A stretch of 64,000 bases of DNA. Source: an uncultured Chloroflexota bacterium. GTDB taxonomy: Bacteria; Chloroflexota; UBA6077; CF-72. The notes below the pieces were generated by a model, which worked only from the letters and a program-made list of their open reading frames with translations, did no database searches and was not told where the DNA came from. Of the stretch, positions 63,674-64,000 are shown piece after piece (position 1 is the first letter of the stretch; every line of letters starts with the position of its first letter). Made by a program: the position numbers and the translations under genes. The stretch spans positions 115-64,114 of the forward strand of contig CAYSYM010000014.1 of assembly GCA_964435115.1 (NCBI GenBank). The letters are read 5' to 3'.

Positions 63674-64000
63674 ATGGCGGTGAACGGCCGCGGCACGGCT
63701 GGCGACGCGCGTCCTGGTTCGGCCCGGGCGGGGCCGAGGCGTTCAGCCTGCCCGGCCGGGAGCGCGGAGCGTTTCGGGCCCGAGGGGTGGATCATCCTCG
63801 CCCTGGCGGCCCTGGCCATCCTCAGCCGCGTCTACACCACCAACAGCCTGGCCGGCGAGCCCACGCCAGACGAGTTCCAGTTCGGCGTCTACGCGCGCGA
63901 CCTGGCGCGCGCCTGGGCGGCCGGTCGGGACGGCGCGCTGGCCATGTCCCTGAGCGAAGGGCGCTCGATCGCCGTCGAGGCTGCGCTCCTGTCGTTCGCG
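63674..64000 (+). CDS. N-terminus of a further membrane protein (GT-C/PMT_2-like), truncated by the window edge
   Basis: ATG at 63674, with the frame open to nt 64000. ...GWIILALAALAILSRVYTTNSLAGEPTPDEFQFGVYARDLA resembles the first TM and loop of ArnT/PMT_2-type proteins. It is absent from the ORF track because there is no stop in the window. Confidence 0.4.
   Translation, partial: MAVNGRGTAGDARPGSARAGPRRSACPAGSAERFGPEGWIILALAALAILSRVYTTNSLAGEPTPDEFQFGVYARDLARAWAAGRDGALAMSLSEGRSIAVEAALLSFA

Overview
No tools were run. Protein-family calls come from reading the supplied translations, not from searches. Start sites rest on start-codon and RBS context and on gene-to-gene overlaps.

This is a high-GC (about 70% by eye), densely coding bacterial chromosomal segment. 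Almost every real gene is shadowed by long Arg/Pro/Gly/Ala-rich spurious ORFs in other frames.

nt 1-17.8 kb holds a housekeeping/accessory mix:
- the 3' end of a DNA methyltransferase
- an NCS2 purine permease
- a Phd/RelE-type toxin-antitoxin pair
- a threonine-synthase-like PLP enzyme
- two convergent orphan response-regulator receivers
- VOC and LLM oxidoreductases
- a complete livJHMGF-type branched-chain amino-acid ABC importer
- an SRPBCC protein
- a conserved hypothetical protein (MSEYQYYEF...)
- an N-terminally truncated HD-domain pseudogene
- a secreted clan GH-A-like glycosidase
- small membrane and Zn-ribbon proteins

nt 17.8-64 kb, running off the window edge, is one very large cell-envelope glycan biosynthesis and export island. 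It looks ABC-transporter-dependent. It contains:
- about 13 glycosyltransferases
- 4 GT-C-like polytopic membrane proteins
- a nonulosonic-acid operon built around a NeuB-type synthase plus a KdsC-type phosphatase
- one Wzm with two tandem Wzt paralogues
- two AsnB-type amidotransferases
- a heparinase II/III-like protein
- two methyltransferases
- sugar-nucleotide enzymes
- a WecA-type initiating transferase carrying an unusual C-terminal fusion

I recognised no rRNA, tRNA, CRISPR array, transposase or integrase.
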